Shown here piece by piece: positions 36,920 through 46,026 of a stretch of 64,000 bases of DNA. The stretch is taken from assembly GCA_964489525.1 (NCBI GenBank), contig CAZAYY010000015.1, forward strand, positions 34,091-98,090, given 5' to 3'. Position numbers and translations under genes: made by a program. Each line of letters opens with the position of its first letter. Positions within the stretch are counted from its first letter, which is position 1. Below the pieces are notes generated by a model, which was not told the origin of the DNA, did not search any database, and saw only the letters and a program-made list of their open reading frames with translations. Source of the DNA: an uncultured Anaerolineales bacterium. Lineage in GTDB: Bacteria > Chloroflexota > Anaerolineae > Anaerolineales > JABWBV01.

Positions 36920-38080
36920 ATGGAAAACACAAGCATCATCTTTTGGAAAAAAATCTTTTATGCGGTTTTTGTCGTGTTCATTGCCGGGGTGAGTGCTTCG
37001 GTGGGTGCAGTAGCCGGGGGTGTTGCGGTTTTCTCGGCAACCCAACGCGTCCAGGAAAACGCCATCCCGGCATCCGCGCCCCAGGTTACAGTCCAACCCG
37101 CAGCAACCACCACCAACCAGGTGCTTGTGAACGACATTCAAACGGCAGTTACCCAAGCAGTCGAAACCGTTGGCCCTGCGGTTGTGACTGTGGTGGGCAC
37201 CATCCCAGGTGTAAACACTTTCTTCGGGCGCACCTCCGACTCGGAATCCAGCGGCAGTGGGGTGATCATTTCCGAAAACGGGTATATCATCACCAACAAT
37301 CATGTCATTGAAGGAACCACCAACGTCAGGGTCATCCTGGCGGATGGCGAAGAACGAGCGGTTGAGGTGATTAACACCGACAAGTATGCCGACCTCGCTG
37401 TGTTAAAAGCAGAAGGCCCCATGCCTGCTGTGGCAGCCCTGGGGAATTCTGACCAGCTTCGCGCCGGGGAAACCGTGATTGCAATTGGCTCTCCCCTGGG
37501 AGAATTTAAAAACACAGTTACCGTTGGGGTGGTCAGCGCAACCGGGCGCTCTCTCGAAACCAATGATGGGTTTATTATGGAAGACTTGGTTCAAACGGAT
37601 GCCGCCATTAACCAGGGCAATTCCGGCGGACCCTTGGTGAACCTGGCCGGACAGGTAATTGGAATCAACACCCTGATAGTGCGCAATGGGGGCTCCACAG
37701 TTGCTGAAGGGCTTGGCTTCGCCATTCCCGCCAACACAGTGAGCATCATCAGCGAACAAATCATCCAACAAGGGTATTTTGCACGGCCTTACCTCGGGGT
37801 GAACTGGCAATCCATTTCACCCTATATCGCCCGGCGCTATAACCTGCCAGTGGAATACGGTGCATATGTCACCCGAGTAGATCCCAATGGACCGGCAGGC
37901 AAAGCAGGCATTGAGACCGGTGATATTATCATCCAAATTGGCGATAAACCCATCACAGCGAATTATGCGTATATCAATGCCCTCTATGCCTTCCAACCCG
38001 GTGAGGAAATCATCATCAGGCTGTACCGAGAAAACCAGGAATTAGCGTTCACGATTGTCCTTGGGGAGGCAAATCAATAA
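36920..38080 (+). CDS. HtrA/DegP-family S1C serine protease with PDZ domain, membrane anchored
   Basis: 386 aa with RBS AAGGAG. TM anchor IFYAVFVVFIAGV. Catalytic triad contexts ITNNHVI, YADLAVLK and GNSGGPLVN. PDZ domain GAYVTRVDPNGPAGKAGIETGDIIIQIGD. Confidence 0.9.
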   Translation: MENTSIIFWKKIFYAVFVVFIAGVSASVGAVAGGVAVFSATQRVQENAIPASAPQVTVQPAATTTNQVLVNDIQTAVTQAVETVGPAVVTVVGTIPGVNTFFGRTSDSESSGSGVIISENGYIITNNHVIEGTTNVRVILADGEERAVEVINTDKYADLAVLKAEGPMPAVAALGNSDQLRAGETVIAIGSPLGEFKNTVTVGVVSATGRSLETNDGFIMEDLVQTDAAINQGNSGGPLVNLAGQVIGINTLIVRNGGSTVAEGLGFAIPANTVSIISEQIIQQGYFARPYLGVNWQSISPYIARRYNLPVEYGAYVTRVDPNGPAGKAGIETGDIIIQIGDKPITANYAYINALYAFQPGEEIIIRLYRENQELAFTIVLGEANQ

Positions 38081-38171
38081 ATGCGAAAAGGCGCTAAGAA
38101 CCTTCACATTCACGCCTGACAAAAGTGCGCGGGTATTGGTTATCCAGATTTTTCACCCGCCCGCCCGTTCT

Positions 38172-38210
38172 CTGCCCCGCCCCAGGCTTTGGGTCGGGGA
38201 TTGGGGTTTC
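38172..38210. repeat. Copy of the G/C-tract palindrome family
   Basis: CTGCCCCGCCCCAGGCTTTGGGTCGGGGATTGGGGTTTC. The inner core has the same GGCTT centre as the archetype, with a degenerate outer right arm. It lies between htrA and the second M20 gene. Confidence 0.6.
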
Positions 38211-38352
38211 GCAATACCAAAGATCTTCCCCATCCCCGCAGAAAAACACGCCAGGTACAACCCCAGGCGGGTATAATAAAACCCGAAACAAACCCATTGT
38301 CCAGGTTTTTTATAACCCCTGGGAAAAATCATCATCCGTCGAAGGAAAGAAT

Positions 38353-39729
38353 ATGAGCAACCCTTTGCAAACCAGCCTTGATTATGCCAAAAAGCAACAT
38401 TCGCATTTTATTGACCAGATGTGCGAATGGATTGCAATGCCATCCATTTCTACCGACCCGGCAGCCCGAGGGGCCATGCAGCAGTCGGCAGAATTTGTGG
38501 CCGCCTATCTAACCAGGCTGGGCGTGCAAAATGTGCAGCTGTTCCCACCCGATTCACACCCGCTTGTGTATGGTGAACTGCTCGAAGCCGGTCCCGAGGC
38601 GCCCACCGTGTTGATTTATGGGCACTATGATGTTCAGCCAGCAACCCCGCTGGACAAATGGCACTCCGACCCATTCAAACCGGTCATCCGGGGTGAAAAT
38701 TTATACGCACGCGGCGCAACGGACATGAAAGGGCAGGTGATGGCAACACTGTATGCAATCGAATCGCTGCAGCAGGCCGGCAAATTGGGGGTCAATCTGA
38801 AATTTATGATCGAAGGCGAAGAAGAAATCGGCTCCGCTCATCTGCCCGACTTTATTAAACAAAACAAGGATCTGCTCAAAAGTGATTTTTGCCTGAACCC
38901 AGATACGGGTATGCTGGCCCCAGGCTTGCCCACCCTGACCTACGCACTGCGCGGCCTGGCCTATTTTGAACTGAGGGTGTACGGCCCAAAGCAAGATTTG
39001 CACTCGGGCATTTACGGCGGAACGGTTCACAACCCCGCCCAGGCCCTATGTGAATTAATTGCCGGCATGCACGATTCTACCGGCAAAATCACGCTGCCAA
39101 ACTTTTATGACAGGGTTCGCCCGCTCAGCCAGGTGGAGCGAGAAGCCATGAAAGCCCTGCCCCACGCAGAAGAACTCCTGCTGAAAAACACCGGCGTACC
39201 CAAACTTTGGGGGGAACCCGATTTTATCCCCATGGAACGCATCGGTGCCCGACCAACCCTCGAAGTCAATGGGATTTATGCTGGTTTCATTGAAAAAGGG
39301 TCAAAAACCGTTCTACCCGCTTACGCGATGGCAAAACTCTCCACCCGCCTGGTGCCCGACCAGGACCCGGAAGAGGTTGGCGAACAGCTGCGCGCTTACC
39401 TGGAAGAGCACGCCCCCAAGACTGTCCGCTGGGAGCTGGACCAACTCGCTTCCAGTGCGCCATCCATTTCCGATATCGAATCCCCCTGGGCCAAGGCAAT
39501 GATGAGCGCTCAGGAAAAAGCCTGGGGAGTGAAACCGTTGCTTAAGCGCGAAGGGGGAAGCGTTCCAGTCGTCACCCAACTTCAGCAGTTGATGGGCCTG
39601 GAATCTGTCAATATTGGGTTCGGCCTGCCGGATGACAATGCTCACGGTCCAGATGAGAAACTGCACCTGCCCACCTGGGAAAAGGGCATCGAAGCACTGA
39701 TTTACTTCTTTGACAACCTCAAACCGTGA
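38353..39729 (+). CDS. M20-family dipeptidase (paralogue of 14695-16056)
   Basis: VLIYGHYDVQPATPLDKWHSDPFKPVIRGENLYARGATDMKG...FMIEGEEEIGS. I prefer ATG 38353 (MSNPLQTS). The track ORF (start 38125) would read through the intergenic repeat element. Confidence 0.85.
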   Translation: MSNPLQTSLDYAKKQHSHFIDQMCEWIAMPSISTDPAARGAMQQSAEFVAAYLTRLGVQNVQLFPPDSHPLVYGELLEAGPEAPTVLIYGHYDVQPATPLDKWHSDPFKPVIRGENLYARGATDMKGQVMATLYAIESLQQAGKLGVNLKFMIEGEEEIGSAHLPDFIKQNKDLLKSDFCLNPDTGMLAPGLPTLTYALRGLAYFELRVYGPKQDLHSGIYGGTVHNPAQALCELIAGMHDSTGKITLPNFYDRVRPLSQVEREAMKALPHAEELLLKNTGVPKLWGEPDFIPMERIGARPTLEVNGIYAGFIEKGSKTVLPAYAMAKLSTRLVPDQDPEEVGEQLRAYLEEHAPKTVRWELDQLASSAPSISDIESPWAKAMMSAQEKAWGVKPLLKREGGSVPVVTQLQQLMGLESVNIGFGLPDDNAHGPDEKLHLPTWEKGIEALIYFFDNLKP

Positions 39730-40643
39730 GCGAACAAACACTCCCCAACTACGGCGGCCAGGCCGTCATTGAAGGCGTGATGATGCGCGGCGCCAGCCAT
39801 GCCGCAATTGCCATGCGAGCCCCAACCGGGCAAATTGAACTTCACACCGAAACCCTGGGTGCCATCTACCAAAGCCGAATGGCGCGCATTCCTTTCTTGC
39901 GCGGCCTGGTTGTGCTCTGGGATGCACTTGCCTTGGGCATGCGCGCCCTGACCATCTCTGCCAACTTACAGGCAGGAGAAGATGAAAAGCTAGAAGGCAA
40001 AGAGCTTGTGCTGACCCTGGCTTTTTCGATTTTACTCACCATTGGATTATTTTTTGTGCTGCCTGCCGGGATTGCCCACCTGATTGACCTGGGGGTGGCC
40101 TGGCTTGCTCCAGTTCAAAACGAAGCAGCAGCCACACCGCATTGGATTACCAGCGTGGTAGAGGGCTTGCTTCGCCTGGGCATCCTGGTTGGATATATTG
40201 TTTTGATTGGACGAATACCCGACATTCAAAGGGTGTTTGGCTACCATGGCGCCGAACACAAAACTATAAACGCCTTTGAAGCTGGAACGCCCCTCACCCC
40301 CGAAGCCGTATCCCACCATTCACTGGAACACCCACGCTGTGGAACGGCTTTCTTGCTTTCCCTGGTACTGATTTCCATCCTGATTTTTACCCTGATCGGT
40401 CCGCTGCCCCTCCTCTGGCGAATTGTGAGCCGGGTGCTGCTGATTCCTGTCCTGGCTTCGCTGGCATATGAATACATTCGCTGGACAGCCAAAAATCTGC
40501 ATAACCCCATAGTGCGCTGGCTGGTGAAACCAAACCTGGCCCTGCAAAGGTTGACCACCCGTGAACCTTCCCTGGATATGATCGAAATCGCGATCGCTGC
40601 TTTTACCGCCATGCGCGAAAAAGAAGTCTCACCACGGGCCTAA
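39726..40643 (+). CDS. DUF1385-family membrane protein
   Basis: 305 aa with a GTG start overlapping the upstream TGA (GTGA). YGGQAVIEGVMMRG and GYHGAEHKTINAFE are hallmark DUF1385 motifs. Several TM helices. Confidence 0.85.
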   Translation: MSEQTLPNYGGQAVIEGVMMRGASHAAIAMRAPTGQIELHTETLGAIYQSRMARIPFLRGLVVLWDALALGMRALTISANLQAGEDEKLEGKELVLTLAFSILLTIGLFFVLPAGIAHLIDLGVAWLAPVQNEAAATPHWITSVVEGLLRLGILVGYIVLIGRIPDIQRVFGYHGAEHKTINAFEAGTPLTPEAVSHHSLEHPRCGTAFLLSLVLISILIFTLIGPLPLLWRIVSRVLLIPVLASLAYEYIRWTAKNLHNPIVRWLVKPNLALQRLTTREPSLDMIEIAIAAFTAMREKEVSPRA

Positions 40644-40832
40644 ACTCCCAGCTCGTCCTGAACGGCGCAGCCCGAAAGACCTTTCCCTACAAGCAAGGTT
40701 TATCCTTTGCTGGGCTCCTTCACAACGACAAATCCAGGGGGCAGTGTCACCGTGAGCACGGCAAAGCAGCCCCTTTTTCATGGGGCTCAGCACAAAACCA
40801 CGCCTTAAGTTAAATGAATTATTAAATTCTGC

Positions 40833-40861
40833 TTGACCTATTGGCAGGATTTATGTAAAAT
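40833..40861 (+). promoter_or_regulatory. Candidate sigma70 promoter of the Liv-type ABC operon
   Basis: TTGACC (40833-40838), a 17-nt spacer, then TAAAAT (40856-40861). This predicts a ~150-nt leader before the ATG at 41017. Confidence 0.5.
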
Positions 40862-41016
40862 GGGGGAATGTACGCAAATGGTAGCGTACCTCTATTCACC
40901 TATTAACCACAAAATAAAGGAGGTGGTAAACCTCACCCCGATGGAAGTTCGTGTAATGTTTCGTTTTTAATATTTCTAAACAACCCTTTGTCTAATTTTC
41001 TAGAGGAGAAAGAAGC

Positions 41017-42234
41017 ATGATGAAGAAAACGATGTTCGTAATTTTGTTGGTTGTGGTGGCCAGCCTGGCCCTGGCAGCTTGCACCGGTGGCAGCACCGAA
41101 TCGACTTTTGAATGTACTGATACGATCGGCTGCGTTACCTATGGCCCTGAAGACGCGATCAAAATCGCTTCGGCTCTGGTCATTTCCGGCGCCAACGCCG
41201 ACCTTGGCCTGGACTCCCAGTACGGCGTCCAGATTGCCATCAAAATGAAGGGCGAAGTCCTGGGCCACAGCATTCAGCTGCAGGCTGAAGATGATGGCTG
41301 TAACGCTGAAGGCGGCCAGACTGCCGGTCAGAAAATCGTGTCCGATCCCAGCATCCTGGGTGTGGTCGGCACCAGCTGCTCTGGCGCTGGCGTTCCGATG
41401 TCCAAAATCGTTTCCGATGCTGGCTACTTTATGATTTCCCCCTCCAACACCGCCCCCAGCCTGACCGACCCGGCCCAGGCCTTCAACGCCGGCTACCTGC
41501 GCACCGCCCACAACGACAAAGTTCAGGGCGCTGCCATGGCCCAGTTTGCTTACAGCCAGCTTGGCCTGACCAAGGCTGCTGCCGTTCACGATGGTGACCC
41601 CTACACCGAAGGTCTTGCAAATGCCTTCGCTGAAGCCTTCCGCGGCCTGGGCGGCGAAATTTTGGCCTTCACCGCTGTGAATAAAGGCGATACCGATATG
41701 CGCCCGGTTCTGACCTCCGTCGCTGCTTCTGGTGAAGTTCAGTTCCTGTTCTTCCCGGTCTTCACCGCTGAATGCGCCTTCCTGGCCAAGCAGGCCAAAG
41801 AAGTTGCCGGCCTCGAAAACGCCGTTCTGGGTTCTGCGGATGGCTGCTTCTCGGCTGCCGCTGCTGAGGCCATTGGTGATTCTGGCGAAGGCATGTACTT
41901 CTCCGGCCCGGATCTTTCCTTCTCGGGTGGCATTTATGATGAATTTGCTGCCATGTACCAGGCCGATTTCGGCAGCGCCCCGCTGTCCGTTTTCCACGCC
42001 CATGCCTTTGACGCCGCCAACATGATCTTCGCCTGCGTCGAAAAAGTTGCCACCCAGGAAGAAGATGGCACCCTGCACATCGGCCGCCAGGCCATGCGCG
42101 ACTGCCTCTATGCCACCTCTGGCTTCTCCGGCATCACCGGCTCCCTGACCTGCAACGAATATGGCGACTGCGCTGACCCGAAGATTTCGGTCTCCGAACT
42201 GCAGGGCGGCGAATACGTCCGCATTTGGCCCTAA
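41017..42234 (+). CDS. ABC transporter substrate-binding lipoprotein, branched-chain amino acid (LivJ/K, type I PBP) family
   Basis: 405 aa with RBS GGAGA. Lipoprotein signal MMKKTMFVILLVVVASLALAAC. Body typical of the Leu/Ile/Val-binding protein family (GVVGTSCSGAG, YLRTAHNDKVQGAAMA). Confidence 0.9.
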   Translation: MMKKTMFVILLVVVASLALAACTGGSTESTFECTDTIGCVTYGPEDAIKIASALVISGANADLGLDSQYGVQIAIKMKGEVLGHSIQLQAEDDGCNAEGGQTAGQKIVSDPSILGVVGTSCSGAGVPMSKIVSDAGYFMISPSNTAPSLTDPAQAFNAGYLRTAHNDKVQGAAMAQFAYSQLGLTKAAAVHDGDPYTEGLANAFAEAFRGLGGEILAFTAVNKGDTDMRPVLTSVAASGEVQFLFFPVFTAECAFLAKQAKEVAGLENAVLGSADGCFSAAAAEAIGDSGEGMYFSGPDLSFSGGIYDEFAAMYQADFGSAPLSVFHAHAFDAANMIFACVEKVATQEEDGTLHIGRQAMRDCLYATSGFSGITGSLTCNEYGDCADPKISVSELQGGEYVRIWP

Positions 42235-42293
42235 ACCACAAGCACGACACTGAAACTTGGGTTTAGATCCGTTTTTTGTTTTGTTCTAAAAAA

Positions 42294-42326
42294 AGGGCCC
42301 AGGCCCTAAAAACCTGGGCCCTCTTT
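42294..42326 (+). terminator. Intra-operon hairpin plus T-tract (partial terminator/attenuator after the binding-protein gene)
   Basis: GGGCCCAGG (42294-42302), loop CCCTAAAAA, CCTGGGCCC (42312-42320), then TCTTTT. The 9-bp stem is all G/C except one A-T pair. Confidence 0.55.
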
Positions 42327-42400
42327 TCCATTTTATTGGCAAGCATGACCCGATTGCTCGCCACACCTACCCTGAAAACCAAATACCATCCTTTCGGAGT

Positions 42401-43468
42401 ATGCCGATGAAAGCACGCCTGCAAGACATCAACCTGATTGATATTTTTCTATGGATTTTCCGAATTGCAATTATTATCGTCGTTGTTTGGGGTACGATTG
42501 CAAGCTTAAGTGACAATCCTTACACTGCCAGGAACTGGACCGACTTCGTCATTTTTGGCATCGCCCAAGGCAGCATGTATGCATTGATCGCGATTGGCTA
42601 CACGATGGTATATGGTGTGCTGCTCATGATTAATTTCGCCCATGGTGAATTTTTCATGTCCGGCATCATGCTTAGCACCGTTTTGATTGCCCAACCCTTT
42701 GGTAGTTCGGGCTTTTTGGACCGTTATCCCATCTTAAGCCTGATCATCATCCTGGCCGTTTCCATCCTGACTACCATTGGCATTGCGCTGCTAACAGAGA
42801 AAATCGCCTACCGGCCGCTGCGCAAAGCACCCCGACTGGTACCTTTGATTACTGCCATTGGTGCCTCTTTCTTCTGGCAGTACTATTTCAACCGGCTTTT
42901 GGGTTCTGAAGTCAAGCCTTTCCCTGCTGTGAAAATTCTGAGTGGAACGATCCCCATGTTTGGCACAGAAGTGCTTAAGGTCCATGTCCTGGTGATTGTG
43001 GTAACGATCATCATGTTGATTGGGCTGAATTTCTTCATTTTGCGCACCAAAACCGGCAAAGCGATTCGTGCCGTGGCCGAAGATAAGGATGTCGCCGCAC
43101 TCATGGGCATTGACGTAGACAAAACCGTATCCATCACGTTTGCCACCGGGGCAGCCATGGCCGGTGTGGCCGGGCTTTTGTATGCCCTTGTCTTCCGGCA
43201 AGTTCACTTTTTCATGGGGTTTGTCCCTGGCATTAAAGCCTTCACTGCTGCAGTATTGGGCGGCATTGGCAGCATTCCCGGGGCAGCAATTGGGGGCCTG
43301 TTCTTGGGAATGTTCGAATCGGTCGGCCCGGCCCTCTTTTTGGAAGGCCTCGGAATTCCCGCAGCGCACCAATTGAAAGATGTAATTGCCTTTTCAATGC
43401 TCGTGCTGGTGCTGATTTTTCGTCCGCAGGGCATTATTGGTGAACGTCTGCAAGGCAAAAAAGCATAA
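42401..43468 (+). CDS. ABC transporter permease, LivH-like
   Basis: 355 aa, polytopic. INFAHGEFFMSG and GIGSIPGAAIGG are motifs typical of the LivH family. The start is ATG 42401 or ATG 42407 (the latter has GGAG at 7-nt spacing). Confidence 0.85.
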   Translation: MPMKARLQDINLIDIFLWIFRIAIIIVVVWGTIASLSDNPYTARNWTDFVIFGIAQGSMYALIAIGYTMVYGVLLMINFAHGEFFMSGIMLSTVLIAQPFGSSGFLDRYPILSLIIILAVSILTTIGIALLTEKIAYRPLRKAPRLVPLITAIGASFFWQYYFNRLLGSEVKPFPAVKILSGTIPMFGTEVLKVHVLVIVVTIIMLIGLNFFILRTKTGKAIRAVAEDKDVAALMGIDVDKTVSITFATGAAMAGVAGLLYALVFRQVHFFMGFVPGIKAFTAAVLGGIGSIPGAAIGGLFLGMFESVGPALFLEGLGIPAAHQLKDVIAFSMLVLVLIFRPQGIIGERLQGKKA

Positions 43469-43479
43469 GGAGCCATCCG

Positions 43480-45153
43480 ATGACAAACACATATCGAGAA
43501 ATCTTAAAAAGCAGTGGTATCGCCGCACTGATTGCAGTGAACATCAGTGCAATCGGGATGGTGGAACTTTTCGGCCGGCGGGAATTAATTGGGGGCATTC
43601 TGACCATGGGACAGGTTTTGTTTTTGGCGCCCGCAATCGCCATGGGCTACCTGTCTGCACGCAAATACAGCCAGCACGACATGAAGCAAGCCGCATTGAG
43701 CGGCGCAATTCATGGTTTACTCACGGGTTTAGGCCTGGCTCTTTTGATTTTTGTGGCGTCAAGTTTCAATATCCGGGAATATTTAATTAACGTCTCCCCT
43801 GTCCTGGTTAAAACCCTGACATTTGGGCTGGAACCAATTCCCGGGTCCATTTTACTCATTTTAATTTCCACACTGGCCAGCACATTGGCAAGCCTGTACC
43901 TTTTTCTACCTACCCGCATCCGTGAACCTCTGCTGACCGGTCTTGTATACACCCTGGCCATTGGCCTCTTTTCAGAAATTTTATCGGAACGAGTGCGCAA
44001 GTTTTTTGGCATCGGTGTGGAAAGGATCATTTTTGTTCAAAAAGCGCTCTCCCCCTGGGTGGCTGCGATCCTTTTCCTGCTGATAGCCGGGGCAAAAGAT
44101 CAATGGTCCCAGCGCGGAGCTGGCATCCAAACCCGCCTTTCTGGGCTAAACCCCCAACAGAAAAAATACATGACCTGGGCAACTTATGGTCTGTGGGTCG
44201 TGCTGGGGCTTTTACTGCCCCAAATCCTGGGCACTTACCTCTCTGAAGTGGTCAACAACGTGGGCATTTACGTCCTCATGGGCCTGGGCTTAAACATTGT
44301 GGTTGGTTTTGCGGGTATGTTGGTGCTGGGTCACGTTGCTTTCTTCGCCATTGGGGCGTATGTACTGGGTGTGCTTACCTCCACGGGCAGCCTGGGCATT
44401 GCGCAGATGTCTTTTTGGGCAGCGCTGCCTTTTGCCATGTTGGCTGCAACCATAGCCGGGGTGGTATTGGTCACGCCTGTGCTGCGAATGCGCGGCGACT
44501 ATCTTGCAATCGTGACATTGGGCTTTGGTGAAATTATCCGCATCCTGGCGCTCTCCGATATGCTCAAGCCCAACATCGGCGGAGCCCAGGGCATTTTGTT
44601 AATCCCCAAGCCCAACTTTTTAGGGACCGATCTGATCAGGCCTGAATTTCTTTACTATGTCATCCTGCTGGCAGTTATCATCTCGATTTACATCTCGGTG
44701 CGGCTGCGCGATTCCCGGCTGGGGCGCCAGTGGATGGCGATGCGCGAAGATGAAGATGTGGCACAGGCCATGGGCATCAACCTGGTATCCACCAAGCTGC
44801 TGGCCTTCGGCATCGGCGCTGCCCTCTCGGGTCTGGCAGGCGGCATTTTCGCCAGCAAATTAACCTCCATTTTCCCCCACAGCTTTAACCTGCTAATTTC
44901 GATTAATGTGTTAGCCCTGATTATCGTCGGCGGCATGGGCAGTATTCCAGGCGTCATCGTGGGTGCTTTCATTCTGGTGGGCCTGCCTGAGCTGCTGCGA
45001 GAGTTTGCCGAGTTCCGCCTGCTGATGTACGGCGTTTTATTGATTGTCATGATGCTTGCGAAACCAGAAGGTTTCTGGCCCTCGGCTGTGATGAAAAGAG
45101 AACTGAGCGGAAGCGCACCCCCAACCGGTAACGAAGCCGCTGCTGCGGATTGA
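43480..45153 (+). CDS. ABC transporter permease, LivM-like, with ~230-aa N-terminal membrane extension
   Basis: 557 aa with RBS AAGGAG. The LivM core starts near VNNVGIYVLMGLGLNIVVGFAGMLVLGHVAFFAIGAY. The preceding ~230 residues contain additional hydrophobic helices. Confidence 0.85.
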   Translation: MTNTYREILKSSGIAALIAVNISAIGMVELFGRRELIGGILTMGQVLFLAPAIAMGYLSARKYSQHDMKQAALSGAIHGLLTGLGLALLIFVASSFNIREYLINVSPVLVKTLTFGLEPIPGSILLILISTLASTLASLYLFLPTRIREPLLTGLVYTLAIGLFSEILSERVRKFFGIGVERIIFVQKALSPWVAAILFLLIAGAKDQWSQRGAGIQTRLSGLNPQQKKYMTWATYGLWVVLGLLLPQILGTYLSEVVNNVGIYVLMGLGLNIVVGFAGMLVLGHVAFFAIGAYVLGVLTSTGSLGIAQMSFWAALPFAMLAATIAGVVLVTPVLRMRGDYLAIVTLGFGEIIRILALSDMLKPNIGGAQGILLIPKPNFLGTDLIRPEFLYYVILLAVIISIYISVRLRDSRLGRQWMAMREDEDVAQAMGINLVSTKLLAFGIGAALSGLAGGIFASKLTSIFPHSFNLLISINVLALIIVGGMGSIPGVIVGAFILVGLPELLREFAEFRLLMYGVLLIVMMLAKPEGFWPSAVMKRELSGSAPPTGNEAAAAD

Positions 45154-45179
45154 ATCCACCAGGAAAACAGGAGACAACC

Positions 45180-45968
45180 ATGAATGCAATAACCGCAACA
45201 AAAGTAACCAAAAGGTTTGGCGGCCTGGTTGCAGTGAACGCCTTCGATTTTGAAATTGCCGAAGGCCAAATTGCCAGTATCATTGGTCCCAATGGGGCTG
45301 GAAAAACCACTTTTTTCAACTGCATTACCGGTTTTTACCAGATTGATGAAGGCAGCATCCAGTTTTTTGGACAGGAAATCAGCGGGAAAACTCCCGACCA
45401 GATTACAAGGGTGGGCATTTCTCGCACTTACCAGAATATTCGCTTGTTCTCCAACATGAGTGCGCTTGAAAACATTCTGGTAGGCCAGCATCGCCATTTG
45501 AAAACATCCTGGGTTGAGGCCGTGCTGCAAACCAAAAGACTGAAAGAGGAAGAAGCCTTTGCCGAAGAAGAGGCCCGAAAGCTGCTGAAATACGTAGGCC
45601 TGGCCGGAATGGGCGATTACCTGGCCAAAAACCTGCCCTATGGGGCGCAGCGCCGCCTGGAAATCGCCCGGGCATTGGCCAACAAACCCAAACTGCTCTT
45701 ACTCGACGAGCCCACCGCAGGGATGAATCCGCATGAAACCACCGATATGATTTATTTCATCCGTGACGTGCGGGATAAGCTTGGCATAACCACCTTGCTG
45801 ATTGAACATGATATGAAAGTGGTCATGACCATCAGTGAAAAGATCTCAGTGATGGATTTTGGCACCAAAATTGCCGAAGGCCTGCCCGCTGAAATTCAAC
45901 GGAATGCCCGGGTTATTGAAGCATACCTGGGCCGCGGCGCAGTCGCCAACCAACACCTGCAAGCCTGA
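45180..45968 (+). CDS. ABC transporter ATP-binding protein, LivG-like
   Basis: Walker A GPNGAGKTT, signature LPYGAQRRLEIA, Walker B LLLLDEP. I prefer ATG 45180 with AGGAGA 5 nt upstream. The track start at 45150 is a TTG. Confidence 0.85.
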   Translation: MNAITATKVTKRFGGLVAVNAFDFEIAEGQIASIIGPNGAGKTTFFNCITGFYQIDEGSIQFFGQEISGKTPDQITRVGISRTYQNIRLFSNMSALENILVGQHRHLKTSWVEAVLQTKRLKEEEAFAEEEARKLLKYVGLAGMGDYLAKNLPYGAQRRLEIARALANKPKLLLLDEPTAGMNPHETTDMIYFIRDVRDKLGITTLLIEHDMKVVMTISEKISVMDFGTKIAEGLPAEIQRNARVIEAYLGRGAVANQHLQA

Positions 45969-46026
45969 TGCACCCAAAAAGGCAAAACCAATTCTCGATA
46001 CCGGGACTCAGTAAAGGAAATTCGCT

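Noticed and set aside
36746-37311. Overlapping ORFs (185 aa minus, 166 aa plus) across the htrA 5' region
   Set aside because: The htrA frame (36920-38080) has an RBS, a TM anchor, a catalytic triad and a PDZ domain. The alternative frames are Cys/Gly/His-rich with no support.
38125-38352. N-terminal extension of the second M20 dipeptidase ORF
   Set aside because: The extension would translate through the intergenic palindromic repeat and a -10-like TATAAT. The conserved M20 N-terminus begins at ATG 38353.
40941-40970. 9-codon mini-ORF MEVRVMFRF as a Leu/Ile/Val attenuation leader peptide
   Set aside because: It has only two Val and no Leu/Ile codons. The nearest Shine-Dalgarno-like box is 17 nt upstream, and no obvious alternative terminator/antiterminator pairing was found. 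It is kept only as a low-interest note in the findings.
40933-42078. 381-aa ORF antisense to the ABC substrate-binding protein gene
   Set aside because: The translation is Gly/Ala-rich low complexity without motifs. The sense-strand product has a clear lipoprotein signal and a binding-protein fold pattern.
44688-45530. 280-aa minus-strand ORF spanning the LivM/LivG junction
   Set aside because: It is antisense to two canonical ABC transporter genes and crosses their boundary. It contains no motifs.
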